Under the pieces are notes generated by a model. The model had not been told where the DNA came from and ran no database searches. It saw nothing but the letters and a program-made list of their open reading frames with translations. A stretch of DNA of 64,000 nucleotides, from IMG/VR virus record IMGVR_UViG_3300042905_003821. One strand, given 5' to 3'. Each line of letters starts with the position of its first letter. Position 1 is the stretch's first letter. Shown here piece after piece: positions 37,261 through 45,849 of the stretch. The position numbers were made by a program, and so were the translations under genes. The DNA comes from an uncultured virus (IMG/VR IMGVR_UViG_3300042905_003821). Taxonomy: Duplodnaviria > Heunggongvirae > Uroviricota > Caudoviricetes.

Positions 37261-38435
37261 CCAAGTCGTTGCCCGTCGTCCCGCTCTGCGGGACGTGTAA
37301 GGCCGACCGAAGTTGTCGCCATCCGAAGCAGACTTGGCCGGGTAAACCGGCCAAAGTCGTCTTTGTGGTCGACAAGGCCGGGGATGATGCACCGAACACC
37401 CTGCTAGACGGCCAATTTGGCCGTCTAGGGACCGTTTGCAGTCGGGTAGGCGTCACACTTGACGCTTACCCAAAAGTGCCAGCCGCCGCCTGCCCAGGAG
37501 CCTCAAACGAGGCTTGGCGGCATTGCCAACCGCTCGTCGCGAGCGAGTTGGCACGCCTCAACCCCGAAGTCGTCATTCCCTACGGTCCGAGGGCTACTCA
37601 GTCGGTCATTGGCCGGTACTGGCAGACCCCCGCCGAGCTTTACGACCGGTGGTACGGCGCGGTGATCCCTTGCAGGGATCTCAACGCTTGGATCTGTCCG
37701 GTGGGCCTGATGGGCGAGTACAAACGGATGCTCGACGTGTCGAGCATGTTCGAGTACCAACAACTGCGGGATGCGATGCGAATATCGGGCCGCCCGTGGC
37801 CCGATGGGTGCGTTCCCTTGGAGAGCCGAATCAAGCAGGTCTACCATGCCCAAGAGATCATTGCCGAACTGGACAAGATCTCCCGGACGGCACAGATTGC
37901 GGCGTTCGACTATGAGGCCACCGGGCTAAAGCCCGAATGGGACACCCAACTGATTGTCTCTATGGCGGTCGCTTACGTCGCCGAAGGCGATGTGCATTGC
38001 ATTTCGTTTCCCGTGTTCGCCGATACGCATGATGCGATTCGGCGATTCTTGGTGTCCGACATCAGGAAGATCGCCGCCAACATGAAGTTCGAGGATCGGT
38101 GGAGCCGATCCAAGCTGGGGGTTCAGGTTCGTCGGTGGTGGTGGGACACGATGCAAGCCGCGCATTGGGAGAATCCCAATAGCGGCGTGACGGGCTTGAA
38201 GTTTCAGGCGTTTGCGAAGTTGGGCGTGCCCTACTTCGCGGGGGACGTGGAATCATACTTCGAGTCCGAAACAAATTCTCAAAGAAATAAGATACTTTCG
38301 GTTCCTTGGCCGAAGCTCCTGACGTATAACGGGATGGATGCCATAGTCGAGCTTCTGCTTGCTTCGCAGCAGATGGTCGAGAATGGCATAATCAAGGAAC
38401 ACTTCGTACCTAGTAAATACCTACCGAGGAAATGA
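37233..38435 (+). CDS. Degenerate family-4 UDG-like domain + 3'-5' proofreading exonuclease (N-terminal part of split PolA)
   Basis: CGTC...C..C, L...NPEVVIPYG..A; ExoI FDYEATGL, ExoII NMKFED, DTM, ExoIII YNGMD. Confidence 0.85.
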   Translation: MPLFASTKLTKSLPVVPLCGTCKADRSCRHPKQTWPGKPAKVVFVVDKAGDDAPNTLLDGQFGRLGTVCSRVGVTLDAYPKVPAAACPGASNEAWRHCQPLVASELARLNPEVVIPYGPRATQSVIGRYWQTPAELYDRWYGAVIPCRDLNAWICPVGLMGEYKRMLDVSSMFEYQQLRDAMRISGRPWPDGCVPLESRIKQVYHAQEIIAELDKISRTAQIAAFDYEATGLKPEWDTQLIVSMAVAYVAEGDVHCISFPVFADTHDAIRRFLVSDIRKIAANMKFEDRWSRSKLGVQVRRWWWDTMQAAHWENPNSGVTGLKFQAFAKLGVPYFAGDVESYFESETNSQRNKILSVPWPKLLTYNGMDAIVELLLASQQMVENGIIKEHFVPSKYLPRK

Positions 38436-38824
38436 TGTCTGAGCAGAAGAAAGAATGGAAAGTCGGAGACGAACTCGCAATCCATCACGGGGGGCGTTAC
38501 AAGAAGTACAGCATCCTCAAAATCACCAAGATCTCTAAAACAGGCAGAATAACCTTAGGTAACGATTGCTACGTCCTTGATCCAGATTTGAAAATTCGAG
38601 GTTTGGGTACTTGGAGTCATACCCACCCATCGGCGTATCCAGTCACGGACGAGTTGCTGCAAGAGAACGCGAGGGGCATCAGTGAAGCCAAAGTCGCAAG
38701 AATCTTTAGGCAGTTGCACCAGAGCCTACTTACCGACGAGGAACTGGACCAGATCATCGCCATCAACCAAGCGGCCAACCAGAGGGAGGAAGCCAAACAT
38801 GCTCACAGACATCAGGCTGACTAA
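38432..38824 (+). CDS. Hypothetical protein
   Basis: WKVGD...ITKISKTGRI pattern. Confidence 0.6.
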   Translation: MMSEQKKEWKVGDELAIHHGGRYKKYSILKITKISKTGRITLGNDCYVLDPDLKIRGLGTWSHTHPSAYPVTDELLQENARGISEAKVARIFRQLHQSLLTDEELDQIIAINQAANQREEAKHAHRHQAD

Positions 38825-39929
38825 CTTTCAGGCTCACCGCGACCGCCATTTGACGTTCGTTCCGAACGTCAACACCATCACAGGCAAAAGCAATTCGGGT
38901 AAATCCTCCGTCTTTCGTGCAATCCGGTGGCTTGTGGAACACAAGCCGATCACCGGATTGCAGACGTTCGACGAGCCACACACCGAAGTGACCCTCGCCT
39001 CGGATCGAGGCGAGGTCACTCGGTTCAAACACCCGACCGAGGGATACGGCTACAAGGCCGCAGGGCAGACCTTCGTGGCGTGCGCCACGAAGCAACCCTC
39101 CGAAGTCCAAGCTACGCTTGGACTCTCGGAGATCAACCTGCAAGGCCAGCACGACGCCCCGTTCTTGCTGACCCTGCCCCCCGGCCAGATGGCAAAGGAA
39201 CTCAACCGCATTGTGGACTTGTCGATCATCGACAAGGCCAACGCGATGGCAGCGAGCAACGCGACTCGGACCAAGGGCGAACTTTCGGCGATGGAAACCA
39301 TCGCCGAGAAGCAGCAAGCCGAACTCGACCAGATCGCTTGGTTCCCAAGCGTTCTGGCTCAGTACGAGTCCCTAGTCGTCTACATGCAGGAGTTGCAGCA
39401 TAAGCAAAATCGATGCACGCTGCTGTCTGACAAGACGCTAGTGGTCGAAGCCTTGTCGCACTCCCTGCAATCATTAGACAAACTGATACTCGACTTGCAA
39501 GCCTTGGCCGATCAGGCCAAGGCTTTCGCCGACAAGAAGAATCGCCGAACGGCGATTCTTGCCGCAACTGCCCCCTTGGCCGACGTGTCGGCCAAGATCA
39601 GTTTGGTTAATACTGTCGGATCAGGATTAGCGAAACTGAAAAAGCAGGGCGAGCAGATCGCTGCCAAGCGATCCCGCTTGGCAGCGATCCGACCAGTAGC
39701 CCAGCAACTAGCCGCCGTCAAGCCCATCCACGGGGACGTGGATGGGCTATTGGCAACAGGCAAGCGACTCGCAGAGTCGCGAGCCAAGCAGTCGAAGTTG
39801 GAACGTGTGTTGGATAGCATAGCGGATTGGCAGGGGACTTACCGAGTCGCCTGCCAATCCGTCACCGAGTTAGAAACCGAAATCAAATCAGTGAGGGAAG
39901 TATGTCCGACTTGCAAAAAACCCCTTTAG
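38799..39929 (+). CDS. SbcC/Rad50-like ATPase, N-terminal half (Walker A to zinc hook)
   Basis: LTNFQAH, GKSNSGKSS, Q-loop QGQHD, coiled coil, ends CPTCKKPL. Confidence 0.88.
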   Translation: MLTDIRLTNFQAHRDRHLTFVPNVNTITGKSNSGKSSVFRAIRWLVEHKPITGLQTFDEPHTEVTLASDRGEVTRFKHPTEGYGYKAAGQTFVACATKQPSEVQATLGLSEINLQGQHDAPFLLTLPPGQMAKELNRIVDLSIIDKANAMAASNATRTKGELSAMETIAEKQQAELDQIAWFPSVLAQYESLVVYMQELQHKQNRCTLLSDKTLVVEALSHSLQSLDKLILDLQALADQAKAFADKKNRRTAILAATAPLADVSAKISLVNTVGSGLAKLKKQGEQIAAKRSRLAAIRPVAQQLAAVKPIHGDVDGLLATGKRLAESRAKQSKLERVLDSIADWQGTYRVACQSVTELETEIKSVREVCPTCKKPL

Positions 39930-40831
39930 CCGTCCTGTGTTCCGATCTCCACTTGCGGGAGACTGCCCCGAGTGCTAGGGCCGAAAAGGACTGGTACGAG
40001 GTCATGGAGAACCATCTCAATGCTTTGGGAGATGCAGCGTACCGTTGTGGGAATGTTCCGATCATCTGCGCAGGTGACGTGTTCGACCGATGGAACCCAT
40101 CGAGCGAACTCGTCCGATTCGCAATTCAGCACCTACCTGAAATGTGGGCTATTCCCGGTCAGCATGATCTCCGCTACCACGACTATGAGAGTAGGCTCCG
40201 AGGAGCCTACGGATGTCTGGTCGCTGCTGGTGTCATTTATGACTTACCCGCAGGCACTTGGGACGGTGGCAGGGACTTGCAAGTGTGGGCGATGCCTTGG
40301 GGTCGGTGGGAACCACCGACCGAAGCGGAAAAAAATCCCTTCAACGGCATCGAGCTGCCCTTCAACGGCATCAAGCTGGGAGTCCTCCACAAGTACGCAT
40401 GGAGCAACCAGTTCAACTGCCACGCCAAGGCCGAGGAGTCGTCTCGTTTCGAGCGACTCTACCCCAACCTCGATGCCATGATTATCGGGGACAACCACAT
40501 CCCTTGGATGCTCCCCAACGTGATGAACCACGGGGGGTTCATCCCGCAGAACGCCGATCAGAAGTCCCTAGTGCCTCACTATGGACTTCTGATGTCCGAT
40601 GGGACCATCGAGAGGCATCCCTACGACGTGCCTGAGCCTGTGTGGCTAGAGTCGTGGCAACCGCAGGTCGAGGATGCCAAGGTGGCATCCGAGGTCATCC
40701 AAGAGTTGCAAGGTTTGCAACTCTCGGGAGACTCGTTCCTCGAAAACTTGGAGCGTTCAGTCGATGGCGTTTCGCCATCGACTGCCGTGATCCTCCGACA
40801 GATGATTACGGATCTCAAACAAAATGGCTGA
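39902..40831 (+). CDS. SbcD/Mre11-like nuclease
   Basis: SDLH, AGDVFD, PGQHD, LH, GDNH, N.G. Confidence 0.88.
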   Translation: MSDLQKTPLAVLCSDLHLRETAPSARAEKDWYEVMENHLNALGDAAYRCGNVPIICAGDVFDRWNPSSELVRFAIQHLPEMWAIPGQHDLRYHDYESRLRGAYGCLVAAGVIYDLPAGTWDGGRDLQVWAMPWGRWEPPTEAEKNPFNGIELPFNGIKLGVLHKYAWSNQFNCHAKAEESSRFERLYPNLDAMIIGDNHIPWMLPNVMNHGGFIPQNADQKSLVPHYGLLMSDGTIERHPYDVPEPVWLESWQPQVEDAKVASEVIQELQGLQLSGDSFLENLERSVDGVSPSTAVILRQMITDLKQNG

Positions 40832-40965
40832 TTATGTCTGCATAATCTGCCAAAATCTGGTCTACCGTATTCCAGAAGTACCGAGCCCAGACGTACAATA
40901 CATCGCCTGCCCCTACGGTGGGGCAGGCGATAAGCCATGCACACTTAAAGCCAGGAGAACTGATT

Positions 40966-41214
40966 GTGGAATATGCGGAAATTCAACGGAGATTAGAGTC
41001 AGCCAAGACTCAGAAAAGCAAGATGGAGGGGCAGAAGGAGCAACTACTCCACAACCTCAGGGAACTCGGCCACGAATCGGTTGAGTCGGCACAAACGGAA
41101 ATCCAAGAACTCGAACAGTACATCGCAACCAATGAGCCTGCCTTCAACCAACAGTGTAACGAATTTTTTGCGGCTAACCAATCTGCGATCACCGCTCTCG
41201 GCGGCCTCAAGTAA
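40966..41214 (+). CDS. Small coiled-coil protein (possible SbcC return-arm fragment)
   Basis: GTG after AGGAG; heptad pattern. Confidence 0.55.
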   Translation: MEYAEIQRRLESAKTQKSKMEGQKEQLLHNLRELGHESVESAQTEIQELEQYIATNEPAFNQQCNEFFAANQSAITALGGLK

Positions 41215-41746
41215 ACACAAGGCCGCCGTCATGGCGGTCGAAACCAGCAAGTCGTCGATAGACGACTTGCGAGGGCAATACGAGGCCGCCTTGGCGGCCA
41301 AGGAGATTGTCCAACAGGTCAGCATGGAATGCCAAGAGGCTTGCCAGAAACGCATCGGGTACGTTGTTACCCGATGCTTGCAGGCAGTTTTTGGCGACCA
41401 AGCATTGTCGTTTCTGCTCGTTTTCGAGCAGAAACGGGGGCAGACAGAAGTGCGCGGCGTCCTAGTCGATGCGGAAGGTCATGAGCTTGACCCCCTCCAA
41501 TCGTGCGGCGGAGGAATTTTAGACGTGGCAGCTTTCGGCTTGCGGCTCGCTTGCCTCATGCTGCAACGTCCCCAACCCGCTCGGGTTTTGGTTCTGGACG
41601 AACCGTTCCGGTTCGTCTCGTCGCACTACCGCAGCAACGTCCGCGCACTTCTGTCTGAACTCTCCCAAGAAATGGGAGTTCAGATTATCATGGTCACGCA
41701 CATCGAAGAATTCATGGACTTTGAAAACAGATTGGAGATTGAGTAA
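41132..41746 (+). CDS. SbcC/Rad50-like ATPase, C-terminal half
   Basis: Signature-like SCGGG, Walker B LVLDEP, H-loop IIMVTH; start uncertain. Confidence 0.85.
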   Translation: MSLPSTNSVTNFLRLTNLRSPLSAASSKHKAAVMAVETSKSSIDDLRGQYEAALAAKEIVQQVSMECQEACQKRIGYVVTRCLQAVFGDQALSFLLVFEQKRGQTEVRGVLVDAEGHELDPLQSCGGGILDVAAFGLRLACLMLQRPQPARVLVLDEPFRFVSSHYRSNVRALLSELSQEMGVQIIMVTHIEEFMDFENRLEIE

Positions 41747-41958
41747 TGGCGCAACTCGAAGGGCGAGAACTTGAGGGGCACGAAGTGCTTGAAAAAGGGG
41801 ACGTATTCTGGTGTCTTGACGACCCTCCTGACCGTGTTTACGTCGTTGACGTAAATGCGGGGAGAACAGTCGATTCTATGAACGCTCAGTTCCAGCGATA
41901 CGCTGTCCCGACAACAGCTATTTTCCACAGACCGCCAAACAGATTGGAGATTCAATAA
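41746..41958 (+). CDS. Hypothetical protein flanked by direct repeats
   Basis: Coupled ORF; ends NRLEIQ like upstream gene's NRLEIE. Confidence 0.55.
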   Translation: MAQLEGRELEGHEVLEKGDVFWCLDDPPDRVYVVDVNAGRTVDSMNAQFQRYAVPTTAIFHRPPNRLEIQ

Positions 41959-42299
41959 TGGCTAGAGTAGTCTACAAATACCCACTGCCTAATTCGCCCC
42001 GGCGTTGCGAGATTTTACTGCCTAAGGGCAGTAAAATCTTGCACATTGACCACCGAATGGATGCTCATGGCAATTATCGCTTGTTTCTTTGGGCGGAAAC
42101 AAACCCCGATTGGGAAGCCTCCGAGGCTCCTACGACTATACGTCGATTCTTTGAGATCCACGGCACAGGTCGGGAAATAGACGAAGTGCCCAACAGCGAG
42201 TTGCATCACTGCAAGACGATATTCTATGGTCCGTATGTCTGGCACATCTACGAGCGGGTTTACGAGGCGGGGCATGAGCCGCAGGGAACACCAGCGTGA
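41958..42299 (+). CDS. Conserved-looking phage hypothetical protein
   Basis: VYKYPL...LPKGSKIL...LWA...GTG...VWHIYE. Confidence 0.7.
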   Translation: MARVVYKYPLPNSPRRCEILLPKGSKILHIDHRMDAHGNYRLFLWAETNPDWEASEAPTTIRRFFEIHGTGREIDEVPNSELHHCKTIFYGPYVWHIYERVYEAGHEPQGTPA

Positions 42300-42526
42300 C
42301 CAACGACAGATTCGAGTACACCCTGAGGTACGGCAATCACCCAGTTGCCGACGACGTGGCTAAAGCCATGTTCGTCGGCACTGACGCCCCTGCCGGATCT
42401 TGGGAGAAGATCGAAGTGATGCGCAGACGCGCAGAACTCGGCCAACCTATTTTCCACGAAAACGACCGATGCGATTGGAACGGCATCGGCATAACCACTC
42501 AGAAAGAACATGAGCAAGAACCCTAA
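42296..42526 (+). CDS. Hypothetical protein
   Basis: TDAPAGS.EKIEVM.RR..LGQPIFH..D. Confidence 0.65.
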   Translation: MTNDRFEYTLRYGNHPVADDVAKAMFVGTDAPAGSWEKIEVMRRRAELGQPIFHENDRCDWNGIGITTQKEHEQEP

Positions 42527-42959
42527 GAACCCGCCCACGGCGATCCACGTAAACACTTGGCAACCTGCGTTCCTGAAAGACCTTGCCAAAGCTAGAGCTT
42601 TGGGCATGAACATGAGGATCAACCGCAGGATCAAATCCCTAGCAGAAGCCTACGCTTTGCAGCGTAGGCTTCTGAAAAAAGCACAGAGAATGCAGGATGC
42701 CAAACGTACTTTCAATGTCCAGGAATTCCACAGAGCCCTGCTCGCTATCGAGCCGGGCGCGTGGGTTTGTGAGTACGACCGCCCGTCCGTGAAAACCCGG
42801 ACGGTGTCGTTCAAAACCGAGCCTGGGCAGGAGTACGTGCCTCGGCAACCGTTTCCCGGCATCCAGTACCCAGTGCTTCAACGACAAGGCATCTGCCGAT
42901 ACGAAGTCCCTCTCAACCAAAAAGTAATCTGCATCCACCCCAAGGAGTTCTGCAAGTGA
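42510..42959 (+). CDS. Hypothetical protein
   Basis: Coupled ORF. Confidence 0.55.
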   Translation: MSKNPKNPPTAIHVNTWQPAFLKDLAKARALGMNMRINRRIKSLAEAYALQRRLLKKAQRMQDAKRTFNVQEFHRALLAIEPGAWVCEYDRPSVKTRTVSFKTEPGQEYVPRQPFPGIQYPVLQRQGICRYEVPLNQKVICIHPKEFCK

Positions 42960-43765
42960 ACCGACCGCATTTTCTGTGCCTGATGCCTGTGTGGAATCAC
43001 AGGCACGAAACAACCCAAAACGCACTTAGGTGCTTTTTGGATCAGACCTACAAGAACGCCACGTTGGCGATCATTGATGATCGCCCGAAGGATGCAAGAT
43101 GCTCCCCAACACAAGAACAGTGGCAAGAATGGAAAAGTCGCAACGTCTATCTACTCAGGCCACAAAACGGAGAGAAGTTCCCAAGCATTGCGGCGAAGTA
43201 TAACTTCGCCTTGGAGTACATGGGGCCGCACTTCACCCACGTCGCCATCTGGGATGACGACGACGGGTTCACTGAAAACCATCTCGAACATGCGGCGTGG
43301 TATTACGGGACCGGGGCCTTGTGGACCTATCCCGACACGGTGTTCACCACCTTCGGTGGTTCACTCAAGGTCGAACCGACCGAAGGTCGGTTCTGGTCAA
43401 GCATCACGTTCGACCGGAAGTGCCTAGATCCTTGGGGCGGTCTGTTCCCAGACCGCAAGAACGTAGGCCAAGATCAGATGTTTCTCGGCGAACTCAAGAC
43501 TCGATTCGGAGACTCCCGAGCAACGCCGAAGCTCTTTACCTATGTCTACAGGTGGGGAGCCGAAGGCGAGCAGCATTGGTCGGGCTTGTCAAGAGGATTC
43601 GATTGCGAATCCTCTTGGGATACTTGCCCACACAGCGTGTCGGGCAAGCCATTGGTAGCCGTCTATGACGAGTTCTATGTTAGGACTCGCCGAGAGATCG
43701 AGGCGTATTATGGGAGAGAGATCCCCCCTACAACACCCACCCCGGACTGGATTCGATTGGGATAG
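42956..43765 (+). CDS. GT-A fold glycosyltransferase (GT2-like)
   Basis: CLMP..N, FLDQTY.N, IIDD, K.N, AIWDDDD (DxD), GQD..F. Confidence 0.85.
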   Translation: MNRPHFLCLMPVWNHRHETTQNALRCFLDQTYKNATLAIIDDRPKDARCSPTQEQWQEWKSRNVYLLRPQNGEKFPSIAAKYNFALEYMGPHFTHVAIWDDDDGFTENHLEHAAWYYGTGALWTYPDTVFTTFGGSLKVEPTEGRFWSSITFDRKCLDPWGGLFPDRKNVGQDQMFLGELKTRFGDSRATPKLFTYVYRWGAEGEQHWSGLSRGFDCESSWDTCPHSVSGKPLVAVYDEFYVRTRREIEAYYGREIPPTTPTPDWIRLG

Positions 43766-43767
43766 GA

Positions 43768-45786
43768 CTAGCCGCAGTTGCCTGCGGCTTCGTCCTTCTC
43801 GGCCTTCGCAATCGATCTTTGCACAACCAGCTTGACAGCCGGTCGGAAGAACAAGCCACCAAGATTCCTCTTGGTGGCTTCTTCGTTTAGCCAATCCAAG
43901 ATCGTCTCGATGTTGTCCCTACACCATTGAGGGCCTTGCAAGTCCATCGCCTTTGCTCTTGCGTTGCAAGAGCAAGTGGGCGAAGCCTCGATGCCGATCT
44001 TCTTGAGCCAGCCTTTGAGGTTGGTCCCGCAACCGCAAGGATTACCATCCTTGTCGGTTTTGGGCCAAGGCTTCGTCTCGTCCTTCGGACGATCCTCAGG
44101 CACTCGACTCAGTACGGTCATACCGTACTGAGCATCGTTATGCTCGGCGACAAACCATTCTGGGTTGTCGGCCATGAATGCCTTGATGGCCCACCAAAGG
44201 CCCTTGGTGTTGCCTTCTCCGACAAGCCCGTACAAGGCGGTGTCGTGGACCATGATCCGCTTGCGGATCATGGGGGCGTATGTAGTCAGTTCCAGTTGAA
44301 GGCGTTCGCCGGTGTGCCGAGTGTCGAGGAACAGGAAGTCGGCTTCGGGGATCTCGCCTACAGGCTCGGTCAGATCGGCGATGGTGACCGTGTAGCTAAG
44401 CGGTCGGCCTTGATGGATCTTGACATGCTCTTGGAGGATGCCCAAGAGGCTGTCCGATTCTTCCTGCCAAGAGAACAGTTCGGCAGCCTGCTTGCAGGCT
44501 GCCTTGTCGCAGGTTCCCTTGTTGCACTTGCCTTTGCAGACTTTGCGACCCAAAGCAGCGAGCAGGAAAGCGGAGCTTTCCCGCCGCTTGGTGATCTCGA
44601 CTGCGACATCGCAGTCGAGAGTCCAACGCATGAATGCGTTGATATGTTGGTCCAAGTCGCGGGGGTTCCTGAGGAGAAACTCGGCCACTTGGCCGAGGTT
44701 CTCGACTCCAACTGGCAAAGGAAGCCCGAGGTTTGAGGTTCCGATGGCGTCGGCTTGTGGTTGCGTCGGCGCGACGTAAGGCGAGAACGCCTTAGGATCG
44801 GCGGCGATCACATCGTACCGCTGTTGCGGTACTTTGACTTCATCCACGAAGTGCTTGCGAATCGGCTCTCGGTCGAGGCCGAGTTCGTCGTACCCGAGAA
44901 GGTAGTTCCGGATCTTGCCCTCCATCGTCAGCGGGTACTTCGGCCCACCGACTCTCCCGAATCGGTGTACCCACTTGAGGAACGGAAGGCACATTGCCTT
45001 CCGTCCTGCGTTTCGGTACTTCCGATGGATGTAGCATTCCTCGCCCCCGAACATTCGGAAGTCGGGATTGAACCCTAGCCAATGCTCTTTCGACGAGCAA
45101 AAGAGTCCCAGCCCTTGGGCTGGGATCTCGAATGGCGGGTCGTTCGAGTCGATCCCGGCTACCTTGTAGCCGCGAGCCATCAAAGCCTTTTCGTGGCCCG
45201 GCCACGGAATATCCGTGGCGATCCACTCCCCAAGGCCCTCTGGATGCAGACGACGCATCAGGACGGTCTGGGAGGGGGATTCGGACGTTACGACTACCGC
45301 GCCGTCTGGATGCTTCCAGGCGGTCGCCCAAGCCCCTTCCATTTGATCTCGGAACATGCACTCGAAGTGGGTGGCAACGTAGTTCAGGCCATCGTAGAGC
45401 AGGGGGCCGGTGAACAGATTCTTCTGCATCTCGGGGTCGGAGTTCCGAAGGAACTCCTTGAGCTTGTGCAAGCCGTTGGCTTGCACAAGGACGTGAGGGT
45501 CGGTGACTAGGACGTACTGACCCTCGGCCTCTTGAAAAAGCCGCTCTCGGGTCTGCGTAGTGCCCTTGGATTCGGTAAATGGAATGTACCGAATCCGCTC
45601 GTTGTGTGCGATCCCCTGCACAAATTCCCGTGTGGTCTTGCCGTGTTCGCCGTCTGGATTGTTGTCCAGAACGATGAATTCACAGTCCGAGGCATCCTGC
45701 AAAAGTCGGTGGGCTTGGATCGAGAAGTAAACGCCGTCGAAGTCGTCGTAGGTCGCCATCGCGACCGTCAAAAATGGTTTCGTCAT
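43768..45786 (-). CDS. Fusion: GT2-like glycosyltransferase + methyltransferase-like domain + Cys-rich C-terminal domain
   Basis: LTVAMATYDD, IVLDNNP, VTDPHV, FGGEE..IH; DFLFLDTRH...IMVHDT; CGTNL...CSC.ARA..MD...WC. Confidence 0.8.
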   Translation of the reverse strand: MTKPFLTVAMATYDDFDGVYFSIQAHRLLQDASDCEFIVLDNNPDGEHGKTTREFVQGIAHNERIRYIPFTESKGTTQTRERLFQEAEGQYVLVTDPHVLVQANGLHKLKEFLRNSDPEMQKNLFTGPLLYDGLNYVATHFECMFRDQMEGAWATAWKHPDGAVVVTSESPSQTVLMRRLHPEGLGEWIATDIPWPGHEKALMARGYKVAGIDSNDPPFEIPAQGLGLFCSSKEHWLGFNPDFRMFGGEECYIHRKYRNAGRKAMCLPFLKWVHRFGRVGGPKYPLTMEGKIRNYLLGYDELGLDREPIRKHFVDEVKVPQQRYDVIAADPKAFSPYVAPTQPQADAIGTSNLGLPLPVGVENLGQVAEFLLRNPRDLDQHINAFMRWTLDCDVAVEITKRRESSAFLLAALGRKVCKGKCNKGTCDKAACKQAAELFSWQEESDSLLGILQEHVKIHQGRPLSYTVTIADLTEPVGEIPEADFLFLDTRHTGERLQLELTTYAPMIRKRIMVHDTALYGLVGEGNTKGLWWAIKAFMADNPEWFVAEHNDAQYGMTVLSRVPEDRPKDETKPWPKTDKDGNPCGCGTNLKGWLKKIGIEASPTCSCNARAKAMDLQGPQWCRDNIETILDWLNEEATKRNLGGLFFRPAVKLVVQRSIAKAEKDEAAGNCG

Positions 45787-45805
45787 TTGGGTTCCCGCTA
45801 GAGAA

Positions 45806-45837
45806 AAGAGACACCCTGATTCTACAGGGTGTCTCTT
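45806..45837 (-). terminator. Hairpin / probable terminator
   Basis: AAGAGACACCCTG-attcta-CAGGGTGTCTCTT; pyrimidine tail on minus strand. Confidence 0.6.
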
Positions 45838-45849
45838 GGCTTGCAAATT

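Noticed and set aside
23091..38435. Intein or intron joining the polymerase halves
   Set aside because: Halves are in reversed order, 13 kb apart, with no intein terminal motifs or homing endonuclease visible
40337..40379. 21-bp tandem duplication in SbcD (PFNGIEL PFNGIKL)
   Set aside because: In-frame local duplication, probably neutral
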